This document shows positions 47,989 to 58,088 of a DNA stretch of 64,000 nucleotides, in pieces (position 1 is the first letter of the stretch; each line of letters starts with the position of its first letter). Under the pieces are notes generated by a model. It made no database searches, was not told where the DNA came from, and saw nothing but the letters and a program-made list of their open reading frames with translations. The stretch spans positions 4,995 through 68,994 of the forward strand of contig JBHORK010000001.1 in assembly GCA_042565725.1 (NCBI GenBank), given 5' to 3'. The translations under genes and the position numbers were made by a program. Source of the stretch: Verrucomicrobiota bacterium. Its GTDB lineage: Bacteria > Verrucomicrobiota > Kiritimatiellia > UBA8416 > JBHORK01.

Positions 47989-49350
47989 CTATATTCCTTC
48001 TTCTTCAATATCCGCAAGGCCTTTCCTTATAATATCCTGTAACTCCATTTTTGAAGGACATATAAACTCGCAAAGCGCAAAATCTTCAGGATCGGTTTCC
48101 AGGATACCAAGGCTTATAGCCTCGTCTGTATCCTTGGCCAGTACAGCGCGAACAAGAAAATCAACCATAATGTTAAGCGGCATTATTTTGTCGTAATGAC
48201 CTGTCAATACCATGGCTCTTACACTGCCGTTCATATTGCTGTTAAGAGTCCAACTTTTCTTGCCGCCAAGCCAGGATGACGCAACGGTGCGGGTGAAACT
48301 CAATAAATTAAAGCCGGGCATTGTCCAGCCTAGAAAACGCCTCTCGCGTCCTTCAGGAATAACAGTAATGGATGACTGATGGAGTCGAAGTCCGCCATTC
48401 TGTTCAATTTTTGTACCTGATAAGATGTCTCCGTTTATCACGCGCTGTTCGCCTTCTTGAATATGCCTCGAGAAAAGAGGTTCAAGTTCTCCACCTATAT
48501 TCATACGGTAATGTTTTCGGCCTTCTTCTTTTATTCCCGGTCCGCCAATCGATATGATTCGTGATGCAGGAAGAACTCCATCAAGAAAGAGCCTGCCGAT
48601 AAGTAGCAGATCAACAGCTTTAACTGTCCAGACGATATCCGTAGGCTTTATTGGATCAATGCGGCTGATATGGACGCTGGTATTACCGGACGGATGAGGC
48701 CCGGAAAATGTATGGACCTGGACATTTTCAACTGACTTAATTGTGTTTCTTGAATTCGTAGAAACGCATAAATGAACGGCACCGTCAGTTAATTGTGTAA
48801 GCAGATTCAGTCCAGCCTGAAACCCTTCGGTATCATCTTCAACCACAACATCGGCGTTTGCCTGAAACGGTGCAGTATTCATGCCGTTGACAAAAATAGA
48901 CTTAGGTTTGGCTTTTATATCCGCTATTTGGGAGAATGGTCGTTGTTTGATCAAGGAAAGATAGCCCGTTCTCAGAAGCTGATCGATAATGTCTTCCCGC
49001 GTGACGCTGTTGGTTTCATTAAGTTGATAGTTCTTGAATTGAACAGGTGCTTTTTCTGTATCGACTTCGATTATTATTTCTTCAACAAAGCGACGTGCTC
49101 CTCGAATGATTGATTTAATATTTCCGCCGGCTGGAGCGCATATTTTGAATCTTTCATTGCGTTTATCCTCAAGTAATTCTGCCCCGCGTGCGATCACATC
49201 ACCTTCCTTAACCTTCAGCCGCTGCTTGACACCTGTAAATTCGAGTGGGTAAAGAGTCGAAATCCCGGAATTGGGCCAATCAACAACATCTAGAGACGGT
49301 TTGCCGGCCAGCTTTATGTCAAAACCCTTTTTTATTTTAAAATTACTCAT
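47989..49350 (-). CDS. nqrA: Na+-NQR subunit A
   Basis: IKKGFDIKLAGKP, GPHPSGN and EDFALCEFICPSK. Confidence 0.96.
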   Translation of the reverse strand: MSNFKIKKGFDIKLAGKPSLDVVDWPNSGISTLYPLEFTGVKQRLKVKEGDVIARGAELLEDKRNERFKICAPAGGNIKSIIRGARRFVEEIIIEVDTEKAPVQFKNYQLNETNSVTREDIIDQLLRTGYLSLIKQRPFSQIADIKAKPKSIFVNGMNTAPFQANADVVVEDDTEGFQAGLNLLTQLTDGAVHLCVSTNSRNTIKSVENVQVHTFSGPHPSGNTSVHISRIDPIKPTDIVWTVKAVDLLLIGRLFLDGVLPASRIISIGGPGIKEEGRKHYRMNIGGELEPLFSRHIQEGEQRVINGDILSGTKIEQNGGLRLHQSSITVIPEGRERRFLGWTMPGFNLLSFTRTVASSWLGGKKSWTLNSNMNGSVRAMVLTGHYDKIMPLNIMVDFLVRAVLAKDTDEAISLGILETDPEDFALCEFICPSKMELQDIIRKGLADIEEEGI

Positions 49351-49558
49351 ATCTTTAAAATACTATTTTCAGCTAAACTTTTTGCGGAAAGCCTCTCAAT
49401 ATTACTGTTTTGCTAAGGCTGGTCGAGCATTTTTTTCACGCCTTATAATAACGGACAAATGTCTGTATTCCGTTCAGGCACCTTTTGGGATTTCTTGCAC
49501 AGGCCTTACCCTGGATGTTGTTTGACTCGTAAATTAACGGGTGTTATTATTTGAAAAC

Positions 49559-50635
49559 ATGAAAAACAACAACAAGAATTCTCCTTCGTGCGATGGTCAA
49601 AACGACCAAACAAACGCACTAAGCCGGATTCTGAAGGGATTGGGATCCATGCAGTTTGCGCTGTTTGTGGTAGTTCTTATAACCATTTCATGCATCGCGG
49701 GGACACTTCATCCGCAGGGGGCTCGTTTGTATTCTTCTCCGTTGTTTGTCGGCTTGCTTTGTGTGTTTTCCCTTACTCTCATGAATTGCATTATCAGGCG
49801 ATTTATTACAGCTATACGCTTGAAAAGAGGGATGAGTGCAAGAACCATAGGTTCCCTTTTGACGCATATCAGTATTATTTTAATTTTAGCAGGTGCCGTT
49901 ATCCGTATCGTTTGGGGTGAGCGAGGGTATATTGAATTCAGGGAAGGTGAATCTGCCACGTTTTTTCATAATGATGCGGGCCGGATAGACTTGCCGTTCA
50001 GGGTTACACTTGTAGATTTCGAGCTAGAAACGTTCAGCGTCCAGGAAATTGTTGTTCATTGGAAAGGACAGGATCGCACCTTGTCTTTTCCTGTGAAACT
50101 TGGTGCTGAACAAGTGCTTAAGTCGGGAGATGGATCAGATGATTCATACAGTATTAAGATTTTACGCTATGTTCCTGATTTTATTATTGATATAGAGACA
50201 AAAGCCGTAAAAAGCCGTTCACAAGAGCCCTTGAACCCTGCGATTGAAGTGGAAATTACCGGCGGCGCTCATTCAGGAATTACTCGCTGGTTGTTTGCGA
50301 AATATCCTGAATCCACCATGCATGGTCGTGAAGGACTTCCTTTTGATATGCGTTATCTGGGCCCCATTCCGAATCAGCCGCAACAGGGCATTAAAGATTT
50401 TAAGAGTACACTCCAGATATTTGAGGGAGAGACTGTCGTGAAGGAGAAGACAATAGAGGTGAATTCGCCTCTATCCTGGAAGGGATATACTTTGTATCAG
50501 GCTAATTTTCGTCCGAGTGATCTGTCTTGGACGGCTCTTCAAGTTGTGTATGATCCTGGTGTTCCTGTCGTCTATTCCGGGTTTATATTCATGATAGTGG
50601 GGTTGATTATGGTTTTCTATGTTAGTCGCCCTTGA
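49559..50635 (+). CDS. resB: Cytochrome c biogenesis protein ResB/CcsB (system II)
   Basis: IAGT, YSSPLF, THISIILILAGA, IEVNSPL and DPGVPVVYSG. Confidence 0.85.
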   Translation: MKNNNKNSPSCDGQNDQTNALSRILKGLGSMQFALFVVVLITISCIAGTLHPQGARLYSSPLFVGLLCVFSLTLMNCIIRRFITAIRLKRGMSARTIGSLLTHISIILILAGAVIRIVWGERGYIEFREGESATFFHNDAGRIDLPFRVTLVDFELETFSVQEIVVHWKGQDRTLSFPVKLGAEQVLKSGDGSDDSYSIKILRYVPDFIIDIETKAVKSRSQEPLNPAIEVEITGGAHSGITRWLFAKYPESTMHGREGLPFDMRYLGPIPNQPQQGIKDFKSTLQIFEGETVVKEKTIEVNSPLSWKGYTLYQANFRPSDLSWTALQVVYDPGVPVVYSGFIFMIVGLIMVFYVSRP

Positions 50636-50664
50636 AATTTTTAGATTGAAGGAGAATTCTATAA

Positions 50665-51459
50665 ATGACAATGCTGTTTAATATCTGCCTGGGCGTTTGT
50701 TTCGGATCACTTTTGGTTTCGGCTATAGCGCTTTGTTCGAGCAGGCGCATGTTTGAACGGTTGGCTATGGCGCTCTTGGTCGTTGGGGTTCTTGCGCAAA
50801 CGGCCTATATGATTTTACGCTGGATTCATGCAGGGCGTGCACCTTTCAGTAATATGTTTGAGTCCTTGGTTCTTTTCTCCTGGAGCATCGGGATTGTTTA
50901 CCTCGCGTTTAGCATTCGCACTCGACTTAAGGTACTTGCGGCGGCCGTATCCTTGTTTATGGTTTTAGCCCTGGCCTTTGCCAGTACATTTGGCTCTGAT
51001 ATAAAACCTCTGATGCCGGCCTTGCAGAGTAATTGGCTTACCTTTCATGTGAGCAGTTGTTTTCTGGGCTATGCCGGGTTTGCTATCTCTTTTATTGCGG
51101 CTATAGGATACCTGGTGGCGATCTGTCCCGGCAGGAAAGTAAAGCCAGAAACTATTGATGCTTTGGAACTGATTACAGATAAAACAATTTCTTTTGGGTT
51201 TTTGTTTCTTACCATTGGCATTATAACAGGATCTGTCTGGGCTAATTCTGCATGGGGCTCATATTGGTCGTGGGATCCGAAGGAGACATGGTCTTTGATA
51301 ACGTGGTTTGTTTATGCAGTTTTTCTGCATTGCCGTTTTATAAGAGGATGGCACGGAAAGAAAACTGCGTGCATTTCCATTGCTGGATTTCTTTCTGTGC
51401 TGTTTACTTACTTCGGGGTTAATTTTCTGATTGCAAGCATGCATAGCTATGCGCAATGA
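50665..51459 (+). CDS. ccsA: Cytochrome c synthase CcsA/ResC (system II)
   Basis: LMPALQSNWLTFHV, WWD motif WANSAWGSYWSWDPKETW, and a C-terminal HSY. Confidence 0.95.
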   Translation: MTMLFNICLGVCFGSLLVSAIALCSSRRMFERLAMALLVVGVLAQTAYMILRWIHAGRAPFSNMFESLVLFSWSIGIVYLAFSIRTRLKVLAAAVSLFMVLALAFASTFGSDIKPLMPALQSNWLTFHVSSCFLGYAGFAISFIAAIGYLVAICPGRKVKPETIDALELITDKTISFGFLFLTIGIITGSVWANSAWGSYWSWDPKETWSLITWFVYAVFLHCRFIRGWHGKKTACISIAGFLSVLFTYFGVNFLIASMHSYAQ

Positions 51460-51610
51460 CACGGTCTTGAATTGCGTCTGTCATTATCTTAAGCATAAGT
51501 GTTTTTGCTGTCTGTATAACAAAGAGTTGTTTAGCAGATCTCATCTCAAACTCTTAGAAATGGGATTAAAAAAGACGGGATTGGAAATAAGAAGAAAGAA
51601 GGATAATGAT

Positions 51611-52900
51611 ATGAAACAAATGATAACAGTAGTGCTTTTGAGCGTTCTGTTGTGTGCGACAGTTTACGCAGAGGATGCGCAATCTATCGCCGACGTGTTT
51701 ACTATGGGGAAACACAAAGCAGACGTAGGTCTTAATTTCCGCTCTACGTGGGAAGACAGGGACGATGGTAAGGATGATGAAGGTCATCTGGGTTGGCTGT
51801 ACGCCGAGTTTGGTTTTGAGACGGCCCCTCTTTCGGGCGTAAAGGTCGGAGCCAGCTGCCTGAGTGTAGCCGAGACATGGGGTTCGGATATATATGATAA
51901 TGAATTTGGCGAGGATAGTGACACCTTTAAGGGTCATTGGTTTACCGATGGGGATGTGAAGCATTTGATTGAGTTGAAAAACCTGTATTTGAACTACTCT
52001 ATACCGAATACCAAGAGCGAATTGTTGATCGGTCGCAAAAAATTCAAGAAGGTTGCGCTGATGGACGGCGATGTTCAAGAAGGTGTTCAGTTGAAAGTGG
52101 GCGACATCCCTCAAACGAAGCTGTATGTGGGCATGATCACAGGATGGGAAGATGACATATCTCAGTCGTGGGACCTGGACGGAGTTGAAGACTTCACGCG
52201 GGATGCGGATGATACTGTGGATAGTGCCACCAATTCTGCTGGCGATGCCATCTATACGTGTATAGCTGATGTTGATGTTGTCGAGAAGCGTCTGAAAGTG
52301 ACACCTTTCGTGGTGCATCATCCAGACTTTCTCACGACTTATGGCGCTTTGGCAAAAGCGAGTATGCCCGTGAATGACGACGTCACGCTGGGCATTGATG
52401 GCGGTTGGGCGGAGTTCTCCGAACAGACCGACGTTACCACTGATGAAGATGCGCAGACATGGAAGATCCATGCCTCAGCAAAGGTTGATAAGTGCTATGT
52501 CGGTGTTGGCTATTTTCGAGTCAGCGATGACCCGGATGCTTTGACGCAGAGCGCAGGTGCGAAGAAGACCGTTGGAAACTATCACTGGGAGCCTATTAAA
52601 GTTGGGAAAGTAGGCTTGTACGCCGGTGGAAAAGGTGGCGATCCTGATGATAGTACAATCTGGGTGGATGCCGGCTTTGATGTTGGTAAATTCAGCCTCG
52701 ACGTGATCTTCGGTTCTTCAAGCTTTTACAACGTCAAAAAGAAGGTTGATCAGGACTCGATAGAAATTGATGCGATTGCGAGCTACAAGTTCACAAGTTC
52801 TTTTTCCGGCTCACTGGGATGGCTTCATCAGGAATTCGACGACAATGATGCCGAAAAAGATCGGGATTTTATCATGGGAGGAGCGAAATACTCTCTCTAA
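51611..52900 (+). CDS. Outer-membrane porin (OprD/MOMP-like), very acidic
   Basis: Signal peptide from MKQMITV, amphipathic beta-strands, FETAPL..VKVG, LLIGRKK and C-terminal GAKYSL. Confidence 0.7.
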   Translation: MKQMITVVLLSVLLCATVYAEDAQSIADVFTMGKHKADVGLNFRSTWEDRDDGKDDEGHLGWLYAEFGFETAPLSGVKVGASCLSVAETWGSDIYDNEFGEDSDTFKGHWFTDGDVKHLIELKNLYLNYSIPNTKSELLIGRKKFKKVALMDGDVQEGVQLKVGDIPQTKLYVGMITGWEDDISQSWDLDGVEDFTRDADDTVDSATNSAGDAIYTCIADVDVVEKRLKVTPFVVHHPDFLTTYGALAKASMPVNDDVTLGIDGGWAEFSEQTDVTTDEDAQTWKIHASAKVDKCYVGVGYFRVSDDPDALTQSAGAKKTVGNYHWEPIKVGKVGLYAGGKGGDPDDSTIWVDAGFDVGKFSLDVIFGSSSFYNVKKKVDQDSIEIDAIASYKFTSSFSGSLGWLHQEFDDNDAEKDRDFIMGGAKYSL

Positions 52901-53073
52901 GTTTGTAAGGTAAATTCCGAAAGCGATATGAAGAAATCTGCGGACCCGCCTGCAACGATGTAAGCGGCCAGGAACTTGACATTTCTTATGAAGACTATAG
53001 TCTTTCGGCCAAGCATCAGGATTGTTTGACGGTCTTTTAAAGATATAACTTTTGCAGGAGGGGACGGTAAAAA

Positions 53074-54315
53074 ATGTATATTCGAACCTTTATTAAAACT
53101 ATTTATTTCTGCGCTTTTTTCGGGATGATAACAATATGTTGTGGGGAAACAGGCGAAAAAACTCTTTCGAAGAAACTGCTCGAACTGGAAAGCAAAATAC
53201 AGCAGCAGCAAAAACAAATAGAAGAGTTACAGAAGGCAGAATCTGCAAAAGTACCGGTGTCGTTTTTATCACTTAGCCCATATGTCGAAGGTCTGAAAAT
53301 CAAGGGAGATCTTAGTTTCCGTGCTGATCAACGAATTCAAAGAGGGACACTGAAAAATGATGAGCGTCAGCGTTTGCGTCAGCGCCTGCGACTGGGGCTT
53401 GTTTGGGGGGATCAGGCTGGAAACTGGACGGTTTCTGCCGGTCTTGCCACAGGCGGCATCAAGCCTGACAGCACGTATGATACTTTTGGTGAAGACGATA
53501 TTTTCGAGACAGGTGATATCCGCTTGGATTATGCTTATGTCAAGTATGTCTTGGGAAGTCTAACAACCAGTTTTGGCCAGCAGCATAACCCTTTTGTTCG
53601 TACCGATATGGTATGGGATAACAATGTGCGCCCATCTGGATTAACTTTTCAATATAAGTTTTCGGACAAATGGAGTCTTGTCGGCGGAGGATATGACGTA
53701 GCCCATTTTGGTGTTGCCCAGGCGAATGCCATTCTTTCGGCAATTCAGGTTGTGTGTTCAGAAAAGAAAAAAGATTCAGGTTATACCATAGCCGCGACCT
53801 GTTATTATTACAATGACGCCACTGCTCAGAACACCAATGCTTTCTCCAGGAGTAGTGATAAATTAGTCAAATCGGAGGAGTATGCTTATAATTTTGCAGA
53901 TATTTACGGTTCTTTTGATTGTCCTTTAACAGCGGATCTTATCCTTAAAGCTTATGGTGAGATGTCGTATAATTTTGGTGCCGAAGGAGATCCAGGCGAG
54001 GGTCTTTTGGGCGGTACTCTAGATCCGTCCGAGAACCGCTTTGCTTATGTAGTAGGAACGCGCCTTTCCCGTGGAAAGATATCATTAGGATACGAATGGT
54101 CTGAGATCGAATCCGATTCTGTCTTTGCTCCAATAAAGAATCCAATTTTTGGCACAGCGAGCGGCGTAACGGATGTCCGAGGACATTCAATGGCGCTAGG
54201 GTATAAATTCACCAAGAATATGTCATTCAAAGGAAAAATAAACTTTGTTGAGAGATGGAAAGATGCCGACGATGAATTGGTTCTTTATCAGTTGAACTTG
54301 GGCTGGAAATTTTAA
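53074..54315 (+). CDS. Putative porin with N-terminal coiled coil
   Basis: Coiled coil, GLKIKGDL.FR, RQRLRQRLRLG, LATG, IRLDYAY and C-terminal LNLGWKF. Confidence 0.8.
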   Translation: MYIRTFIKTIYFCAFFGMITICCGETGEKTLSKKLLELESKIQQQQKQIEELQKAESAKVPVSFLSLSPYVEGLKIKGDLSFRADQRIQRGTLKNDERQRLRQRLRLGLVWGDQAGNWTVSAGLATGGIKPDSTYDTFGEDDIFETGDIRLDYAYVKYVLGSLTTSFGQQHNPFVRTDMVWDNNVRPSGLTFQYKFSDKWSLVGGGYDVAHFGVAQANAILSAIQVVCSEKKKDSGYTIAATCYYYNDATAQNTNAFSRSSDKLVKSEEYAYNFADIYGSFDCPLTADLILKAYGEMSYNFGAEGDPGEGLLGGTLDPSENRFAYVVGTRLSRGKISLGYEWSEIESDSVFAPIKNPIFGTASGVTDVRGHSMALGYKFTKNMSFKGKINFVERWKDADDELVLYQLNLGWKF

Positions 54316-54341
54316 CAAAGCCTATTTAAGGAGAAAGACAA

Positions 54342-55409
54342 ATGAAAAAAGTAGTTATAAGTATTGTTTCAATTGCCGCAATTCTATTCGTTTCAGGTTG
54401 TTCAAAAGCACCAAATGAGCCGGCAACCCTTAAATCAATAAAAACAACTCAGAAGATCCTTGTGGATGCTGTTGCAGGCAAAGCCTGGGCTGCGGCTCCG
54501 GCCATGCAGGTTAAGTTGAGCAAACTCCCATACAAACCAAGCAATGGTTATACCGGTATTAAGGGAACGGTCGTTATACTGAAATCTCTTTATGATGATA
54601 ATAACGTTTATTTCTTAATGCAGTATGATGACCCGACAAAGAGTTTTGCTCGTTTTCCCTGGGTAAAGCAGAAGGATGGCAGCTGGAAGCAAAGCATGGC
54701 AAAAGACAGTACCGGTCACGACAATACGTATTACGAAGATAAAATGGCGTTCCTGTGGAATATTAACAGTACAGGCTTTGAGAAGAAAGGCTGTGCAGCA
54801 TCATGCCACATGTCTGTAGATGGTTTGGTTGATGGTATTGAGGATAGTTCCGCAGGTCGTAAGTTTACCCTGCCTGGTGAGACTATTGATATATGGCATT
54901 GGAAAAGTGTTCGGACAGGTCCGGTCAATCAGATTGATGATCAATTCATGAATTCAGATCGCGCTGAGCAAAGCAAGACATGGGGCCGACATGGCGACAC
55001 CAAAACCGGCGGCGGTTATGTAAACAATATAAATGAAGCAGGTAATGCGCCTGCCTTTATGAATCCTCAGATGACTGAGGAAAATAAATATTTTGTGTTG
55101 AAAGACAGCAAAGTTCCATTTGTTGATACGTTTAAAGCGGGTCAGATTATTCCCGGCATCATTGTCTCCGCTTTCGAAGGGCCCAGGGCTGATATTTCCG
55201 CAAAAGGCAAATGGGCTGATGGTAAGTGGACAATTGAATGGAAGCGTGCACGCGTCACAACAGGTGAAAATTCCAGAACTCAAGACGTGCAATTCGATGA
55301 CCTGGCAAAGGTTTATTTCTTTGGTGTGGCCGTCTTCGACAATAGTCAGATTAATCATCTTTACCACGAGAAACCATTACGCATGGTTTTTAAGAAGGCC
55401 GCTCAATAG
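54342..55409 (+). CDS. Ethylbenzene dehydrogenase gamma-like (DOMON heme-binding) lipoprotein with a CX3CH motif
   Basis: Lipobox VSGC, YEDKMAFLW, GCAASCH, DIWHWKSVR, WTIEWKR and FGVAVFDN. Confidence 0.8.
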   Translation: MKKVVISIVSIAAILFVSGCSKAPNEPATLKSIKTTQKILVDAVAGKAWAAAPAMQVKLSKLPYKPSNGYTGIKGTVVILKSLYDDNNVYFLMQYDDPTKSFARFPWVKQKDGSWKQSMAKDSTGHDNTYYEDKMAFLWNINSTGFEKKGCAASCHMSVDGLVDGIEDSSAGRKFTLPGETIDIWHWKSVRTGPVNQIDDQFMNSDRAEQSKTWGRHGDTKTGGGYVNNINEAGNAPAFMNPQMTEENKYFVLKDSKVPFVDTFKAGQIIPGIIVSAFEGPRADISAKGKWADGKWTIEWKRARVTTGENSRTQDVQFDDLAKVYFFGVAVFDNSQINHLYHEKPLRMVFKKAAQ

Positions 55410-55524
55410 CGATCTTTATTGTAAAGGCTGAGACTCGCAGTTGGAATATTACTCTTGTGCCATGCTGACTATATAAGGCAGGATGTAAGGGTGATAAAGT
55501 CTTTACGCAAAGGTATATGAGTAA

Positions 55525-56424
55525 ATGAGTAAGATAGCACGCGCGTTCCTTTCATCGAGAATCCATCTGATTATCCTTTTTATATCCTATGTCGCCATCA
55601 ATCTTCTTTTGGTCATTCAGGCATTTGCTCACTCTGATAATGATACGGTAAATGTCTATCTGAAGATTGGCCGTGCATGCGGCTCCTGCATAAAATTTCA
55701 CGCTGTCCTGATTTTATTGCCTGTGTTGCGCAGTACTCTGAGCTGGCTGCGCAGACGGTTCAGAAAGCAAGGTGTTTTTGTTAAAAATCCATTAGGGCTT
55801 CATAGATTTATAGGGATAGCCATGTATGTGCTTGTCGTTTTACATATCTGTGGATACCTCGCTTATTACGCAACGCTCTCTTACCCCTTCCATAGTCTTG
55901 TGCTAGGATCTCAGCCTGATTTGGTGTGCTCTATGAAGACTAGTATGTACGAACATGTAACGGATGATCGCTCAATTCAAGCAGTAGAGGATTGGATAAC
56001 CCGCGGCACATCTCAGGAGGAATACGGAACAACCATTCGGCAAATTCTTTCAAGAGACTGCACCTCTTGCCATAATCGATCATCAACAATGACGGATGCT
56101 TGCACTTACTTGCCACTGACGACCTATGCTGATGCCTTGTCGCTTGCCGGTAAGGGATATGGGTTCAAAACAATGTCTCGTAAGGCATGGGTGCATCTTA
56201 CAGGATTATTGCTTTTTCTGATTTTTACAGTGCTAGTGTTTTTTGCATCCGAGTTTGTCCGTCGTAAACACTACAGCATCTTTCGTTTGACACATTTTCT
56301 TTTTGCGCCCTGGATTTTTGTTGCACTTATTCATGCGCCGGGCATAAAGATATGGATTGCTGTGCCTCTACTTCTTTATATCATCGAGAAAGTTTTTTCT
56401 GTGATCAAGCGAAAGAAAGCTTGA
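55525..56424 (+). CDS. NOX/ferric reductase-like heme-b membrane domain with an inserted monoheme cytochrome c domain
   Basis: H-x13-H and H-x12-H pairs, LILLPVLRSTLSWLR, a loop containing DCTSCH, and no FAD/NAD(P)H domain. Confidence 0.8.
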   Translation: MSKIARAFLSSRIHLIILFISYVAINLLLVIQAFAHSDNDTVNVYLKIGRACGSCIKFHAVLILLPVLRSTLSWLRRRFRKQGVFVKNPLGLHRFIGIAMYVLVVLHICGYLAYYATLSYPFHSLVLGSQPDLVCSMKTSMYEHVTDDRSIQAVEDWITRGTSQEEYGTTIRQILSRDCTSCHNRSSTMTDACTYLPLTTYADALSLAGKGYGFKTMSRKAWVHLTGLLLFLIFTVLVFFASEFVRRKHYSIFRLTHFLFAPWIFVALIHAPGIKIWIAVPLLLYIIEKVFSVIKRKKA

Positions 56425-56560
56425 GCGCTTGAGACAATTGCACAAAATGATATTTCATATGGAACGGTTCTGGAGGTATTCATGATTGATCTGCCGCATA
56501 TATACTACATTTCAATCGATCATTGCTCTAGGCCAAAGAAAACAATTAACACAACCGCTG

Positions 56561-57640
56561 TTAAAGAAGGAATTGAATTCCCATTAAAGTCTGGTCGTTG
56601 CTGTCTCCCCATCGGTATTCCACTCCGCCCCTGACATTATTACCTTTTAAAAAATAGTGGAGGCCTGCTGTGTAGTCTTCAGTGGAATCGCATGACTCTG
56701 GATCCTGCAAACTGTATTTTCCTGTAAGCATTACTTTGTCAACTATTAGACCGGCTTCGGCGAAAACCGTACTGCCGTCAAACCCGGCATTATCCCAGTC
56801 ATAATATGCTCCATTAAGCATTAACTCGGCACAGCCCATATCTAGCCCGGCCTGTATGTCTGCAACCCATGCCTTGGAATCATCCACGACTGAGGTTTCC
56901 AGTGTCCCTGCAACAGGATCAGCCTCTGTCACTGTTAAAGTCGCATCATTCTGCGTGTCTCCGCCCAGCCCGATTGAAAGATAATTTCCGCCGGCTGTGA
57001 GGCGATTCTGAGAGTAGAACCATCCTGATTGCACGTCACCGATTAAGTTCATCGCAAGATGACCGGTGTAGCGTAATGGCGCATCAGAATTCTTGTTCCC
57101 ATCCGGAGAATCGTAACCATCGAAAACTCCTACATGATAGGCAAGCTTATCACAGAATTTTCCGTGAAGTTCGGCGCCATAGTCGCGCCATACAAAATGG
57201 TTTGCAAACTTGATTGCTTCCGCATTGTAATCAATACCCATCAAACTGGCAGCGGAAGACTTGTTCTCAAAAGAGAAGGGGAGTAGTATAAGACCTGTCG
57301 CCAACCAATGATCTGATTTGCCCAGACGAATATCTACAAAGGCATCCTGAATATCTGTTGATGATGAGGCTTTTCCGTTTCTTCCTGCATTATCATTATC
57401 GGTTTCGACAAAGAATTTAACACCGTCACAAATCTGACCCGATAGAATAAAGCGCCCTCTGCGCAGGTAGAAATCTTCATCGTCTGCGGTATCGTGCGGC
57501 AGTAATAAATGAACTTGCCCTAAAACAGAAAGCTTCATGGATGCATCGTCATTTATTTTCCATTCCGGCCCTGCCAGAGTCTGAATTGCAGCAAAACCAA
57601 GCACGAAACATATTATTAATATTTTAACTGATTTCATCAT
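56561..57640 (-). CDS. Outer-membrane porin (OprO/OprP-like anion porin)
   Basis: Signal peptide, FYLRRGRFILSG, DIQDAF, VWRDYG and C-terminal GIQFLL. Confidence 0.75.
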   Translation of the reverse strand: MMKSVKILIICFVLGFAAIQTLAGPEWKINDDASMKLSVLGQVHLLLPHDTADDEDFYLRRGRFILSGQICDGVKFFVETDNDNAGRNGKASSSTDIQDAFVDIRLGKSDHWLATGLILLPFSFENKSSAASLMGIDYNAEAIKFANHFVWRDYGAELHGKFCDKLAYHVGVFDGYDSPDGNKNSDAPLRYTGHLAMNLIGDVQSGWFYSQNRLTAGGNYLSIGLGGDTQNDATLTVTEADPVAGTLETSVVDDSKAWVADIQAGLDMGCAELMLNGAYYDWDNAGFDGSTVFAEAGLIVDKVMLTGKYSLQDPESCDSTEDYTAGLHYFLKGNNVRGGVEYRWGDSNDQTLMGIQFLL

Positions 57641-57740
57641 TTTTCCTTTCTTTGCGGAGTATTAGAGTTTTGTAGGCTTTATAACCTCTTCATGTTAAAT
57701 AAGCTTTGCCTACAATTATGTTGGAACTGTCTCTCCTGAT

Positions 57741-57758
57741 ATGTGAAAAATTTAACAA
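57741..57758. promoter_or_regulatory. Candidate Rex (NADH/NAD+ sensor) operator
   Basis: ATGTGAAAAATTTAACAA compared with the consensus TTGTGAA-N4-TTCACAA; about 100 bp upstream of the porin. Confidence 0.4.
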
Positions 57759-58088
57759 TAGGGATTCTGGCAATCCTGGGGTTATTTGTCAATAAGCTAA
57801 CGATGAAATATTTGTGGCAAGCATGTTGTTCACCACTTCGTTGAGGATCTCTTGAGTTTTTAATTCTTTGTCAGGCATAGTATTATAGTAATAGGTGGTT
57901 AACCGCATTATTGTGGTTTAGGGCAATGAACGATTGAAATGTCGTATAGATGCGTGACCGAGGACGAGGCTGGGCTCTTCAAAAAGCATAGACATAGTAG
58001 GGCTATGTTGTATCCCACGGCAGATCGTTGCTGCAGTATCGTTCATTCCAATGTATATTATTTCCCACTTATTTTTTCTTACATTGTA

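Noticed and set aside
51566-52471. 301-aa minus-strand ORF
   Set aside because: Antisense shadow of the porin gene, with no recognisable motifs.
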